Positions 29,356 to 39,271 of a stretch of DNA of 64,000 bases are shown in pieces. A program made the translations under genes and the position numbers. The notes under the pieces are model-generated. The model made no database searches. It saw only the letters and a program-made list of their open reading frames with translations, and was not told the DNA's origin. Within the stretch, counting starts at the first letter, position 1. Each line of letters begins with the position of its first letter. The stretch spans positions 608,001-672,000 of the forward strand of contig CBDEFM010000001.1 of assembly GCA_965237415.1 (NCBI GenBank). Reading direction: 5' to 3'. Source of the DNA: Alphaproteobacteria bacterium (GTDB lineage: Bacteria; Pseudomonadota; Alphaproteobacteria; UBA828).

Positions 29356-29949
29356 TCAGCGCAATAAACCAATTTCGTGCCGGGCCAGAACATCCGGCAA
29401 ATCTGGATGTTCCTCCAGCCTTCCCGCCTCCAGGCAATCGAGCTTTTCGACACCGCGGTCGAACACGGCATAGGCATCCCCACCGGTCAGGCGGGAAACA
29501 AAATGCAGCCCGTCGATATCTCCATGTTCACCGTGGATCGCCTTCGCAAATGCACGCCCTGCCGCGTGATTCCTCGCACCGATCACATCGGTCGGCGCGC
29601 CGATCCGAGTGCATCCGTCGCCGCGAAGATCAATCAGGTTCAGAACCTCTCCCTTTCGCCCACAGATGCGCGCCCAGGCCCGTGACGTGATTTCCTTCAG
29701 TGCAATTTCCCGCGACCGACTCCGCGTGAACCTGTCCCTCACCACCGTTTCGATGAACGCGGTGGCGAAATCGGAAGCGGCGTAGAGGACGGTGTAGCCC
29801 GCGTTCCTGGAGCAGAATCGGGAATCCGCGGGACTCGTTCCAAGCGGCGACGCTCGATAGTGCCCCGGCATGATCCGGTAGCTCTCGTGAAACCTCGCCT
29901 TCAGCAGTACGGATTCAATTCGGTCCCGAGGATATTCGGCGCCGCTCAC
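29356..29949 (-). CDS. RES-domain toxin (NAD+-consuming family)
   Basis: SRF, VLYAA..TAFIETVVRD, DGLHFVSRLTG..AVFDR; GTGA overlap with the upstream gene. Confidence 0.85.
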   Translation of the reverse strand: MSGAEYPRDRIESVLLKARFHESYRIMPGHYRASPLGTSPADSRFCSRNAGYTVLYAASDFATAFIETVVRDRFTRSRSREIALKEITSRAWARICGRKGEVLNLIDLRGDGCTRIGAPTDVIGARNHAAGRAFAKAIHGEHGDIDGLHFVSRLTGGDAYAVFDRGVEKLDCLEAGRLEEHPDLPDVLARHEIGLLR

Positions 29950-30512
29950 GTGAAGGCAGCGCCAAATCCGGGCGCTGCATCCAGCACTTCGCCGACGCGG
30001 TCGGCCTTCAGCAATTCGAGAGGGATCGCCACTGCGTCTTCGAACGGCCATTCCTGGGTGAGGAACGCCCAGGCAAGTTCGGGGTCGCCGATAACGTCGA
30101 CGACTTCCGCGAGACCTGGAACCACCCGGCCGGGACCGAGAATCTGGGCCGCGGGAATGCTCAGACCGCGCTTGGTCCCCCTCCAGGCAAGCAGCGTCTT
30201 TCTGTCTACCCAGTCATAGATTGTGGTACGCGACACTTCGAGCCGCGCCGCGGCTTCCGAGACTCCGAGAATGTCTTCACTATCGCTGCGACGAACAATG
30301 AACGGGCGCAATTTTTTTTGCGGCACCTCTGCGGTGGAGCCACTGTCTTCTGTCTCGCATTGCGCGGCCGCCGCTTCCAGTGCGACGGTCACTGCCAGAC
30401 GGGCTTCCCGGGGACGATGGCGGACGAATTCCCAGGCGCTGCGCGACAAGGACGGAAATCCCTCCGCGAGAAATCCCATCGCTTCCCGCGCCGATCCACT
30501 CGGCTTGGCCAT
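29946..30512 (-). CDS. Antitoxin partner (excisionase-like HTH plus Xre/MbcA/ParS-like C-terminus)
   Basis: LGVSEAAARLEVSRTTIYDWV HTH; AWAFL...PLELL; translationally coupled to the RES gene. Confidence 0.75.
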   Translation of the reverse strand: MAKPSGSAREAMGFLAEGFPSLSRSAWEFVRHRPREARLAVTVALEAAAAQCETEDSGSTAEVPQKKLRPFIVRRSDSEDILGVSEAAARLEVSRTTIYDWVDRKTLLAWRGTKRGLSIPAAQILGPGRVVPGLAEVVDVIGDPELAWAFLTQEWPFEDAVAIPLELLKADRVGEVLDAAPGFGAAFT

Positions 30513-30674
30513 ACCATCCCCCTTCCGCTTCATTGGCAGGGACAATAATCGCGCTCGATGTCCAGTTTGTAAAGTATGTCCGCCTTGTGCGATGGCAAGA
30601 ACTCTCGCGGAAATTGCGGGAATGCCGTCTTCGCCTCCCGCACAATGGGCATCCCCGCACTTTGCGGATGGCTG

Positions 30675-33623
30675 TTAGAGCCCGAATTCCCGATCGACAC
30701 TCTTTGGCGCCCGGACCTTTTCAGCATCCGGCCCACGCGTCCGCTCCACCGTTTCCCTCGCTTCCCCGATAGCCCGTCCGGTCTCCGGCGCCGCCTCACG
30801 CCCCTTCGCCCGCTCCGGCTCGACCGCTTCTAGCGCCGCGATCCGCTCGCCTGTCGCCGCCTCGAGCTGTTCCCTGAGCGCCGCCTTGTCGTCGGTCACG
30901 AGCTCGGCCTTGTCCCGCGCCCGGCTGATTTCGACGTAGAGCGTCTTCTGCGTGGTGAGATTGGGATGGTTCGCCTCCATCGCGGCGATCACGGTGTCCA
31001 CCGTGCGCCCCTGGAACGCATGCACGGTCGAGGCCCAGGCGCGGTCGACATGGCGGAGTTGCGCATCGCCCGCGTGCAGGTCCAGCATGCGCCCGTCCCC
31101 GAGGCGGAACGTCACGCGGCCGTCGCGCACCGCGGCGACCTCTGCGGCCTGGCTGTTCACGAGGCCCAGCCCGGTATCGTTGCGCGTCCAGCGGATGCAG
31201 TCGCCGGCGCGCAGTTCCATCGCCTCGCTCCTGTAGACCTCGACCCCGCCGCTGCGCGCGCCGATCTGCCCCGGTTTCCACGGCACGGATTGCCCGTCCC
31301 GGCCTTCGAGCATGACCGCGCGGGCCTCGCGATCGACGCCCGCGACGCGCAGCTCGTCGCCCTTCTCGACCCCGAGGCGCTTGTAGGGGCGGTGAAACGC
31401 GACCACGTCGCCGGCAGCGTAGTTGGCCGGGAGCGACTTCTCAGCGTTGGTATAGCCCTTCGAGACCAGCCGCTCGCCCTGCATGGCGGGACCGTGGACA
31501 GTGCCGTCGCGCACCAGGCGCTCGCGCACGATCTCGTTGATGCCCTCGCGCAGCGCATGGCTCGGCGCCATGAGCCCGGCGTTGGCCCGTTCTTCCGGCG
31601 GCAGGGCCAGCCAGCGCGCGGCGGCGGCGCCCGCGAGATTGTCGGGTTTCACTTCGGCGATGTTCGATCCGAGCTTCTCGAACGCCTTGCGGACATCCCC
31701 CGCGAGGCTCGCCTCGACCGCGGCCTTCAGCTCGGGATCACGCTGGCGCATGATCTCGTCCATGGTCGCGGTCTTCATCCCGGCCCGCTGAAGCTGCGCG
31801 AAGGGTTTGCCGGCATCGACCGCTTCGAGCTGCTTCTCGTCGCCGACCAGCACCACGCGGGGGATGCGGAGCGCATCGGCGATCCGGAGCAGGTCGCGGG
31901 CCTGGACCGTGGAGGCGAGCGAGCCCTCGTCGACCACGAGCGCGGTCTTCGCGAACGCCGCCCGCATTTCCTTTTCGCCCTTCTTCGTCATCCGCCCTTC
32001 GGCGACGCCGTTGTAGCGCATCAGGAAGCGCTGCAGGGTTTCGCTGCCGATCCCGGCCTCGCCCTCCAGCGTGCGCGCCGCCGAGGCCGAGGGCGCGAGG
32101 CCGCGGACCTCGTAGCCCTTCTTCTCAAGCAGCGTCCGGGCGCGGTTCAGCATGGTGGTCTTGCCGCTTCCGGCATAGCCCTGGACGCCGACCACGCGGT
32201 CCTTCGTCGAGAGGATCAGCCGCACCGCATCCTTCTGGCCGTTCGTGAGAGGCCCGTTGCGGAGCGCCTTGTCGACGGCGCGCCCGCGCATCGGCACGCC
32301 GCCGCGGCCCTGGCCCGCTCCCATGAGCGCGATGGTCTCCCGCTCGTCGGCGACGGCGCGCTCGGTGGTGAGCCGGTCCTCCAGCCCCGGCAGCTGCGCG
32401 GCATGCAGCGTTCCGGCCGCCTCGCGCGCCGCGACCTCGCGCTCGATGTCGCCGACCTGCGCCGCGCCCGGGTTCCAGGCGAGCGCCGCGGCGAGCAGAT
32501 CGGTGCGCGCGAACACCGCCTCGCGCTCCGAGAGATGCGCCACCGCCCAGGCGACGGCGCCCGCGGCCGGTCCCGGACTACGATCCGGGGCCGATCCCCG
32601 GTCCGCATCAGTCCGGTCCGCCGCCGCAGCCAGCCCGGTGGGACTCGGGACGCCCGCCATCGCTTCCCGCGGAGCACCCGGTTCCTGCACCGCCGCCTCG
32701 CGTTCGGCCCCGGCAACCAGCGCCTTCGCATCGAACCCGAGATCGGCGGCCTGCTTCCGCCAGATACCCGTGAGCTCGTCACGGTCGATGTCGCGTTTCG
32801 CGGAACGGGTCATCAGCGCCGCCCGCTCGGCAAGCCGGGGATTGTCCGCCGGGCTCCCGAGGTTGCGCTCCGCCATCGCCGCCTGGATCTCGGCGCGGCG
32901 GGTCGAGAACGCCTCGACCACGTCGCGCGAGACCCCCGCGATCTCGAAGCGTCCGTCGGCATGGGTCTTGTCGATGCCGTAACCGAGCCGCGCAAGGCCC
33001 GCCGCGAGCTCGTTCCGGTAGAGCGCGCCGAGCAGCATCTTCGAGGCGTAGAGCTTCTCGTTCGACATGCTGCGCCACTTGCCGTCGCCGGCCTTCACCA
33101 TGTTGGCGATCACCGAATGAGTGTGCAGCGCCGGATCGAAATTGCGCGAGGTGTCGTGGCGGAAGGTGGCGATGACCGTCTTCTGGTCGCCGGTGCGCAC
33201 GATGCGGCCCGTTTCCGGGTCCTTCATCCGGGTCTCGGCGACATTCTTCTCGAACCAGGCCAGCATGCGCGCGACGGCCCGGTCGTGGGCGTCAACGACG
33301 CGCGCGTCGCCGCCGACCAGCGCGGCAAGCGAGACCGATTTCGGGGCTGAGAGGGTGAGGTCGCGGCCCGGACGGTGCGCGATCTCCCCGTCCTTGCCGC
33401 GGCGCCCGAGCTGCCGCCCGGAGCCGTCCGGCACCCGGCCTTCGAGCACCGCCCGGAACATTTCGGCATCGACCGGGCCTTCGAGCCCGGCCTCGGCCGC
33501 GCCCTTCCCGGCCCAGGCGCTGGCGGCCCGGTGCTCGGCATCGTCCTTCGCGTAATAGCCGTCGCGCTCGTAGTAGGAGACGCCCTGGGCGGCCGAGGTC
33601 AGGGCGCCGATCGAGGCGACCAT
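30675..33623 (-). CDS. MOBF relaxase-helicase (TrwC/TraI-like)
   Basis: YYERDGYY, DLTLSAPKSVS, HDTSR..DPALHTH, GYAGSGKT, DEGS, VHAFQG.T; start MVASIG at 33623. Confidence 0.95.
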   Translation of the reverse strand: MVASIGALTSAAQGVSYYERDGYYAKDDAEHRAASAWAGKGAAEAGLEGPVDAEMFRAVLEGRVPDGSGRQLGRRGKDGEIAHRPGRDLTLSAPKSVSLAALVGGDARVVDAHDRAVARMLAWFEKNVAETRMKDPETGRIVRTGDQKTVIATFRHDTSRNFDPALHTHSVIANMVKAGDGKWRSMSNEKLYASKMLLGALYRNELAAGLARLGYGIDKTHADGRFEIAGVSRDVVEAFSTRRAEIQAAMAERNLGSPADNPRLAERAALMTRSAKRDIDRDELTGIWRKQAADLGFDAKALVAGAEREAAVQEPGAPREAMAGVPSPTGLAAAADRTDADRGSAPDRSPGPAAGAVAWAVAHLSEREAVFARTDLLAAALAWNPGAAQVGDIEREVAAREAAGTLHAAQLPGLEDRLTTERAVADERETIALMGAGQGRGGVPMRGRAVDKALRNGPLTNGQKDAVRLILSTKDRVVGVQGYAGSGKTTMLNRARTLLEKKGYEVRGLAPSASAARTLEGEAGIGSETLQRFLMRYNGVAEGRMTKKGEKEMRAAFAKTALVVDEGSLASTVQARDLLRIADALRIPRVVLVGDEKQLEAVDAGKPFAQLQRAGMKTATMDEIMRQRDPELKAAVEASLAGDVRKAFEKLGSNIAEVKPDNLAGAAAARWLALPPEERANAGLMAPSHALREGINEIVRERLVRDGTVHGPAMQGERLVSKGYTNAEKSLPANYAAGDVVAFHRPYKRLGVEKGDELRVAGVDREARAVMLEGRDGQSVPWKPGQIGARSGGVEVYRSEAMELRAGDCIRWTRNDTGLGLVNSQAAEVAAVRDGRVTFRLGDGRMLDLHAGDAQLRHVDRAWASTVHAFQGRTVDTVIAAMEANHPNLTTQKTLYVEISRARDKAELVTDDKAALREQLEAATGERIAALEAVEPERAKGREAAPETGRAIGEARETVERTRGPDAEKVRAPKSVDREFGL

Positions 33624-33636
33624 GCCCGGATCCGGC

Positions 33637-35766
33637 TCAGATCGTGACGCCGGGCCGCGAGCCGGCCCCGTCGTCCGCCGCGTTGTCCGCCTCGGCGCCG
33701 CTCCGTGCGGCCGCCTTGTCCCCGCGGGTCTCCGCCGCGGCTGCGGCCGTATCCCCGCCCGGAGTGGACGGGGCCGCGTCCGGCGCCGCCGGGGACGGCT
33801 CCGAACCCGAGGCGTCGCCGCCGGAGCCGTCACAGGAGGAGTCGCCGCAGGTCTTCGACCAGAATTCCAGCTCGCCCTGCGGGTCCGGCAACTCCGCTCT
33901 TATTTCCGCCGCCGCTCCCGGCGGACCTGCGTCCGGGCCGCCGTCGCGCGGCTTCGGCAAGGCCGGCGGCGGCTCCGCCTGCGGCCCGTCCTCCCGCCCA
34001 TCGTCCTCTGCGTCCCCCCGCGCGTCGTCCCGCGCCACGAAACGCTCGGCCGCCTTCGCCCGGTCGACGTAATCGAGGCGGATGGTGGCGACCGGCAGCG
34101 GGCCGGGGAAGCGGAGATAGCCGGAGAGGTTTTCGAGCCGCATGATCTCGGAGGCGAGCGCCAGCGCCCGGAGCTCGCGCTTCGGCGTGAGGGACACGCC
34201 GTCGCGGATGGTGTTGGCGCCGTAGGAGAAGCCCTCGGCGACCTCCTCGACCTCGCTGCGCCCGAGGCTGTCGGCCGACCATTGCGCGGTGTCGCGGTCG
34301 GGTGACGCCAGCACGACCCTGGTGCCGCACAACCCCGAGACGGTCTCGGCGCCGTTGCGCCCGTAGAGGTCGCGCAGGGCCGAGATGACCTGGACGCCGA
34401 GCACGAAGCAGCCGCCGAACTGGCGCGATTCGGCGAGGCCCGGCTGGAGCGACGGCACCTGGTGCAGCGTCGGCAGCTCGTCGAGGATGACCCAGATGCG
34501 CCGCCCGTCGTCCTGGGCGAGCGACAGCATCGCGTTGACCGCGATCTCCAGCCAGGTCGAGATCAGGCCGCGCAAGGACGCATGCTGGTCGCCGCGCGAG
34601 GTCAGGAACAGGTTCCCGCCGCCGTCCTCGCGCGATATCCAGTCGCGGATCGAGAACCGCCTGCCGCTATCGGGCAGGAACTCCATCGCGCTCAGATTGG
34701 CGGTCAGCATGGCGCGCACCGAGAGCGCGGTCTTCGGGTTCTCGGGATCGACGATCGACTGGGCGACCGTGCCTTCCATCGCCTCGGCGAGCGCCGTCAA
34801 GTCGGTCTTGAGCAGATGGTCGACCAGGACCTTGTTCTCGGTGACGCCGCGTTCCCACAAGACGCCGGCGCCGTTCGAGAAGAGCTGGCGGGCGGCGGTC
34901 ACCCAGAACGGGTCGACGGTGTCCTTCTGCTGCGGGATCAGGGCGGCGGCCATCATGTCGAAGTCGCGCGGGCTGCGGGCCTCGAGGAAGGGTGACCAGC
35001 GCGGCGCCCTCGCGTCGAGCGGGTTCATCAACACGTCGCGCGCCGGATCGAAGAACGACCGGGTGTAGCTCCCCATCTTGTCGTAGATGACGCAGCGCTC
35101 GCCGCGGGCGCGGATCTGGGCGACGAGGTCGGAGATCAGCACCGTCTTGCCCGAGCCGGTGGTGCCCGAGACGATGGTGTGCTGGGTCTCGGTGCGGGCC
35201 GGGTAGGGGATGCCGGCAACCCGGCAGGACCGCAGCCGCCCGGCGCCCGGCATGGCCTCCAGGAGGCGCGTCCGGGCCGGCTGCACCTGGCGCCGGAGTT
35301 CGCGCGCCGTCACCAGCTCGGCGCCCCGGATTCTGCGCCGCCGCCCGAGCTGGACGCCCCGGTACCAGAACCAGGCGAGGAACAGGGCGATGATCGCGGC
35401 GCCGGCCGCGGCGCCGCGCCAGGCGCTCGCGAACATCTCGTCCTTGATGCGCTCGCGGATCCGCCAGGCCGGGACCGAGGCGGCGATCGAGCGGATGGTC
35501 AGCACCTGCCGCCTGCCGTCGGGACGGCGGATCTCCTGGCCCGACTTGGGGTCGTAGCCGAGCGCGAGCTTGGCCTCGGCGAGCGTATACATGCCCGCCG
35601 CATACCAGTCGGCGCCGGTGGTCCGGTGCCACAGCGTCCAGGCCGGCACCGCCACCACCATGAACGCCGACAGCAGCATCGCGGCCTGGAACAGCTGGGC
35701 CCACATGCGGATGCCGTGGAAGACCGTCTGGCCGCCCCGCAGCGTGCTGCCGCCGAGACCGCGCAT
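33637..35766 (-). CDS. traD: Type IV coupling protein (TraD/TrwB-like)
   Basis: Two N-terminal TMs, H..VSGTTGSGKT, YDKMG, LDELPTL, AESRQFGG, LYGRNGA. Confidence 0.92.
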   Translation of the reverse strand: MRGLGGSTLRGGQTVFHGIRMWAQLFQAAMLLSAFMVVAVPAWTLWHRTTGADWYAAGMYTLAEAKLALGYDPKSGQEIRRPDGRRQVLTIRSIAASVPAWRIRERIKDEMFASAWRGAAAGAAIIALFLAWFWYRGVQLGRRRRIRGAELVTARELRRQVQPARTRLLEAMPGAGRLRSCRVAGIPYPARTETQHTIVSGTTGSGKTVLISDLVAQIRARGERCVIYDKMGSYTRSFFDPARDVLMNPLDARAPRWSPFLEARSPRDFDMMAAALIPQQKDTVDPFWVTAARQLFSNGAGVLWERGVTENKVLVDHLLKTDLTALAEAMEGTVAQSIVDPENPKTALSVRAMLTANLSAMEFLPDSGRRFSIRDWISREDGGGNLFLTSRGDQHASLRGLISTWLEIAVNAMLSLAQDDGRRIWVILDELPTLHQVPSLQPGLAESRQFGGCFVLGVQVISALRDLYGRNGAETVSGLCGTRVVLASPDRDTAQWSADSLGRSEVEEVAEGFSYGANTIRDGVSLTPKRELRALALASEIMRLENLSGYLRFPGPLPVATIRLDYVDRAKAAERFVARDDARGDAEDDGREDGPQAEPPPALPKPRDGGPDAGPPGAAAEIRAELPDPQGELEFWSKTCGDSSCDGSGGDASGSEPSPAAPDAAPSTPGGDTAAAAAETRGDKAAARSGAEADNAADDGAGSRPGVTI

Positions 35767-35853
35767 CAGCCCGGCCTCGCGCCGACGGGCAGGAGCGTCG
35801 GCAAGCGCCGCTCGATGGCAAGCGCCGGTCCTGCCCCCGCGGATGTTGCAACC

Positions 35854-36255
35854 CTATTCGCCGGCATCGCCGCTCTCCGCAGGCGCGGGCGCATCCCCGC
35901 CGCCCGCCGCGCGCCTGGGCGAGAGCACGTTGACCATGCCCTGGGGGCCGGCGACGACGATCTCCGTCGCCTGCCGCTCGGCGCCCTCCTTGTCCTTGTA
36001 CGCCCGCACCGCGAGGCGGCCCTCGACCAGCACCGTCGCACCCTTCCTCACCATCGTCTCGACCGCCTTGACGGCGCCGCCGTAGACCACGATCCGGTGC
36101 CATTCGGTGGCCTCGCCCGGCTGGCCGTCCTGGCGTTTCCACTTCTGTGTGGTGGCGAGGCTGAACGACGCGGCGGCCTCGCCGCTTCGCATGGTGCGGA
36201 GCTCGGGGTCGCGCCCCGCATGGCCCAGCAGCGTCACCCGGTTGATATGCAGCAT
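35854..36255 (-). CDS. ssb: Second single-stranded DNA-binding protein, lacking the IPF tail
   Basis: INRVTLLGHAGRDPE, TEWHRIVVYG, VEGRL. Confidence 0.9.
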   Translation of the reverse strand: MLHINRVTLLGHAGRDPELRTMRSGEAAASFSLATTQKWKRQDGQPGEATEWHRIVVYGGAVKAVETMVRKGATVLVEGRLAVRAYKDKEGAERQATEIVVAGPQGMVNVLSPRRAAGGGDAPAPAESGDAGE

Positions 36256-36450
36256 CGATATTCTCCTTGTCGGTTATCGGGAGGATGGAACCGGTCCCAC
36301 CGGGTCCGGTGCGCGCGGATCGGACAGGAGGCAGAGACGACATGCCGACCGCGACAGCCGCGCATCCCGCGCACGGCATCGGCGACCGCGCCGCCACGAG
36401 GCGGAGGCGGGCCGGAGCCGGGGCAAAGGGGCCGGGTCGAAAGAGAGGGC

Positions 36451-36735
36451 ATGACCATGACGCGAACATCCATCGAGACCGCTCACCGCCGCACCGCCTG
36501 GCGCGCCCGCGCCGCTGTGCTGGGTCCGCTCGCCATCGCCGCTCTCGCGACCGCCGCCGCGCTCGGCTCCAACGCCGGCATGGCATACATCGCACCGCTG
36601 TGGCTGGCGGCGATCGTCTGGGCCGTGCTCGCCAGCCTCGCGGGCGCGCTCCTGCGCGGCTTCCGGAGCGGCGACTGGTCGGCGTTCGGCCGCTTCGAAC
36701 TTCCCGACGGACGGGATGACCGGATCGACTGGATA
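36451..36735 (+). pseudogene. Small two-TM membrane protein truncated by an IS110 remnant
   Basis: GAGGG RBS, two hydrophobic helices; runs into reverse-oriented transposase sequence. Confidence 0.45.
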
Positions 36736-37441
36736 CCCGGGTCACGCGCGCCCACTGCTCGCGGAGCGTCTCCACGACCATCGCAGGCAAGCGTTCCGAC
36801 ACCCGCTCCAGGGCGCCAAGGCCATGCCTCGCCTCATCCCAGCCCACCCCTGCGGCATCACCTCGCCGTACTCGGTCAACAGCCCGCGCAGACAGTTGAT
36901 TTGCGCGGTGCGGAACTTCACGAGCTGCTGGCGCATGCGATGCAGCGCCAGGATCGCCTGCTGCTCCTCGCTCTTGATCGCAACCGCCTTAACGCCCGGC
37001 TGCTGGACCGCGGTCCAGATCGCGCGTGCGTCGTGCGAATCGTTCTTGTTGCCGCCCACGAAGGGCCGGACCATCTTCGCCGGCAGAAGCCGGACCTCGT
37101 GACCGAGGTCCCGGATCCGGCGTGCCCAGTGCTGCGAGCCACCGCACGCCTCCATCGCGACCAGGCATGGCGCAAGGTTGGCGAAGTGCTCCAGGAACTT
37201 CGCCCGCGTCAGCCGCAAGTCCACGATCTCGCCCGTCTCCATGTCGACCCAGTGCAACTGGAACACTCGCTTCGCCGTATCCACGCCGATGACCGTCCTG
37301 TTAGTGCTCACCTCGGACCCTCCGGATTTCCTGGAAGGACACCGCGTCCTTCCCTCTGGGCACTCTGATGCCGTCGGCCCGAGAGGGTCCACTTCAACCC
37401 ACGCCGCCGCCGCCATCAGAAGAAGGGAGGCGTCCATTACA
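36736..37441 (-). mobile_element. Truncated IS110-family (IS1111-type) element; 5' half of the transposase (GTG 37311) with a frameshift
   Basis: IGVDTAK, MEACGGS, KND..DARAI DEDD motifs; left end ATGGACGCCTCCC resembles IS1111-type subterminal IRs. Confidence 0.85.
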
Positions 37442-37824
37442 TTTCCTCCGTTAGACAGTGGATTCCACCTTAGCGACCTGTCCGATTTTCCGCGCCCGCC
37501 TCAATCTGAGCGGCATTCGGGGCGAGTCTGCGGTAAAATGGGCTCCGGACATGTGCAGGCTTCAACATGTAGCCGCAGCTATTGGCTTTCCTGCTTATCC
37601 ATGAAAGTCCGCTCACCGATGCCTTGTTCCTGCTCGTGTCTAAGTCCGACGAGGTCACAACGACGTAGGCGGGAGTTGCACGGTGCGGACTCGGATATGG
37701 CACAGCGACTGGAAACCGCGATGGCTCATACGTTGCGTCTCGGCAGCCTTGCTGAGCTTCATGGATAAGCAGGTTGGCTTTTGACAGAACGCCTCAGTAC
37801 GTTATCCAGATAGATGACCGCCCC

Positions 37825-37941
37825 CTAGGAGCCTGCGCCGTAGGAAAATGTCCTACTATATGTAGTGATATCAGATTATTCTTTACTACTACCTATGGTG
37901 TCTGAAGGTGCCCAAAAGCGTTCTGCGGCGCAGGCTCCTAG
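37825..37941. mobile_element. 117-bp MITE, copy 1 (length includes both flanking CTAG)
   Basis: CTAG-GAGCCTGCGCCGTAG...CTGCGGCGCAGGCTC-CTAG; second copy at 60518-60634 with 4 differences. Confidence 0.92.
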
Positions 37942-37958
37942 CAGTAGGAATGCATGCA

Positions 37959-38882
37959 ATGAGCGACCGGAACCGATGCCCGATATGCGAGACAACGGCC
38001 CGGGAAGTTGATTCTGATGATGGCGAAAATCAGATCTTGTGGGAGTGTGCGCGTTGCGGGAAGTATTGGCTTTTCGGCTCCGGCCGCTCTCCCGTCCAGA
38101 ACAGTGACCCTGAAGGCCGCGCAAAGATTTCCGGCTTTGTATACGACCAAAACAGGAACGGCTTGGAACCAAAGCTGACGCGCGACCTGCTGGAGCAAGT
38201 AATGTCGCGCCCCCTGCCATCTATCGGTGAGCGCGCAGAGCGACTACTTACTGAGGTTGTACGATGCCAGAAGAAATTGGGCGACCATGTCGATATCTTT
38301 ATGCCGGAGTGGATTGCTGCGACACATTCTCTGGATGAATATGAGCTTGAGTTTCTCGTTCGCATGCTATCGGAACGACGCTTTATCAAGCTGTTGTCGG
38401 AAGCTGGAGAATGCGAAATTTTGCCTGATGGTCACATTGAGGCTGACAAACTCAATCGCAAAATGACGCAATCCGACAGAAGCTTCTTCGCGATGTGGTT
38501 TGATCCATGTCTCATACCTGCCTATGAACAAGGGTTTGAACTCGGAATCATGCGGGCAGGCTACAACCCGGTTGTTATGAATCGAGTGGAGCATGTGAAC
38601 CGCATTGATGACGAGATCATCGCCCGAGTAAAAACGTCACTGTTCGTTGTTGCCGATTTCACTGGGCATCGCGGGGGTGTGTATTTCGAGGCTGGATTCG
38701 CCCTCGGTTTGGGTTTACCGGTGATATGGACCTGCAGAAAAGACGACATGGAAAACCTGCATTTCGACATTCGACAATACAACACCATCGACTGGGACGA
38801 CTACGGAGACTTGGCGTCAAGGCTTCAGTACCGCATTGAGGCGACGGTTGGGAAAGGCCCCAAGGTCAGTTCAAAGTCCTGA
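37959..38882 (+). CDS. Zn-ribbon + winged-helix + nucleoside 2-deoxyribosyltransferase/TIR-like domain protein
   Basis: CPIC...WECARCG; C-terminal FFAMWF..IDDEII..FVVADFTGHRGGVYFEAGFALGLGLPVIWTC..LHFDIRQYNTI. Confidence 0.8.
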   Translation: MSDRNRCPICETTAREVDSDDGENQILWECARCGKYWLFGSGRSPVQNSDPEGRAKISGFVYDQNRNGLEPKLTRDLLEQVMSRPLPSIGERAERLLTEVVRCQKKLGDHVDIFMPEWIAATHSLDEYELEFLVRMLSERRFIKLLSEAGECEILPDGHIEADKLNRKMTQSDRSFFAMWFDPCLIPAYEQGFELGIMRAGYNPVVMNRVEHVNRIDDEIIARVKTSLFVVADFTGHRGGVYFEAGFALGLGLPVIWTCRKDDMENLHFDIRQYNTIDWDDYGDLASRLQYRIEATVGKGPKVSSKS

Positions 38883-39271
38883 TCGCGGACGAAAAGGTTC
38901 GATCATCGGAAGCAGTCGTCGCCTAGCCGAGGACCTGTATGGGGCGGAGTGCGTTGCGGAGGAGTGGGACGCAAACAGCGGCGTGCGATTGCGGACGTGG
39001 CGGGTGCTGCAGAAGGCGCGGGCGCATGCCGAACGGGGCCAGGCGACATTGCGGCGGTACGGCGGGTGGACGAGTGAGTGAGCGGCGTTCGCGCTTCTGC
39101 CGGCCCCGCCGCTTCAGGGCCAAGGACGGCCAAGCCTGCGGTCGATGGATGGTCGGGTGTGGCCGGCCAAGGCGCTATGCGAGGTGGCGGGTTCCGGGCG
39201 CCTGAATGGCGTGTAAGCGTTCGTTCAGGCCGTGGAATCAGCGCGGGCGTTTCCATTCGCCCCGGTCGATT

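Noticed and set aside
37312-37441. Guide RNA in the second (IS1111-type) IS110 remnant
   Set aside because: The downstream end, where IS1111-type elements usually encode the RNA, is deleted, so target and donor cannot be reconstructed.
38890-39081. Short coding-like stretch AEDLYGAECVAEEW...GGWTSE*
   Set aside because: No start or recognisable motif; probably a gene remnant that I cannot assign.
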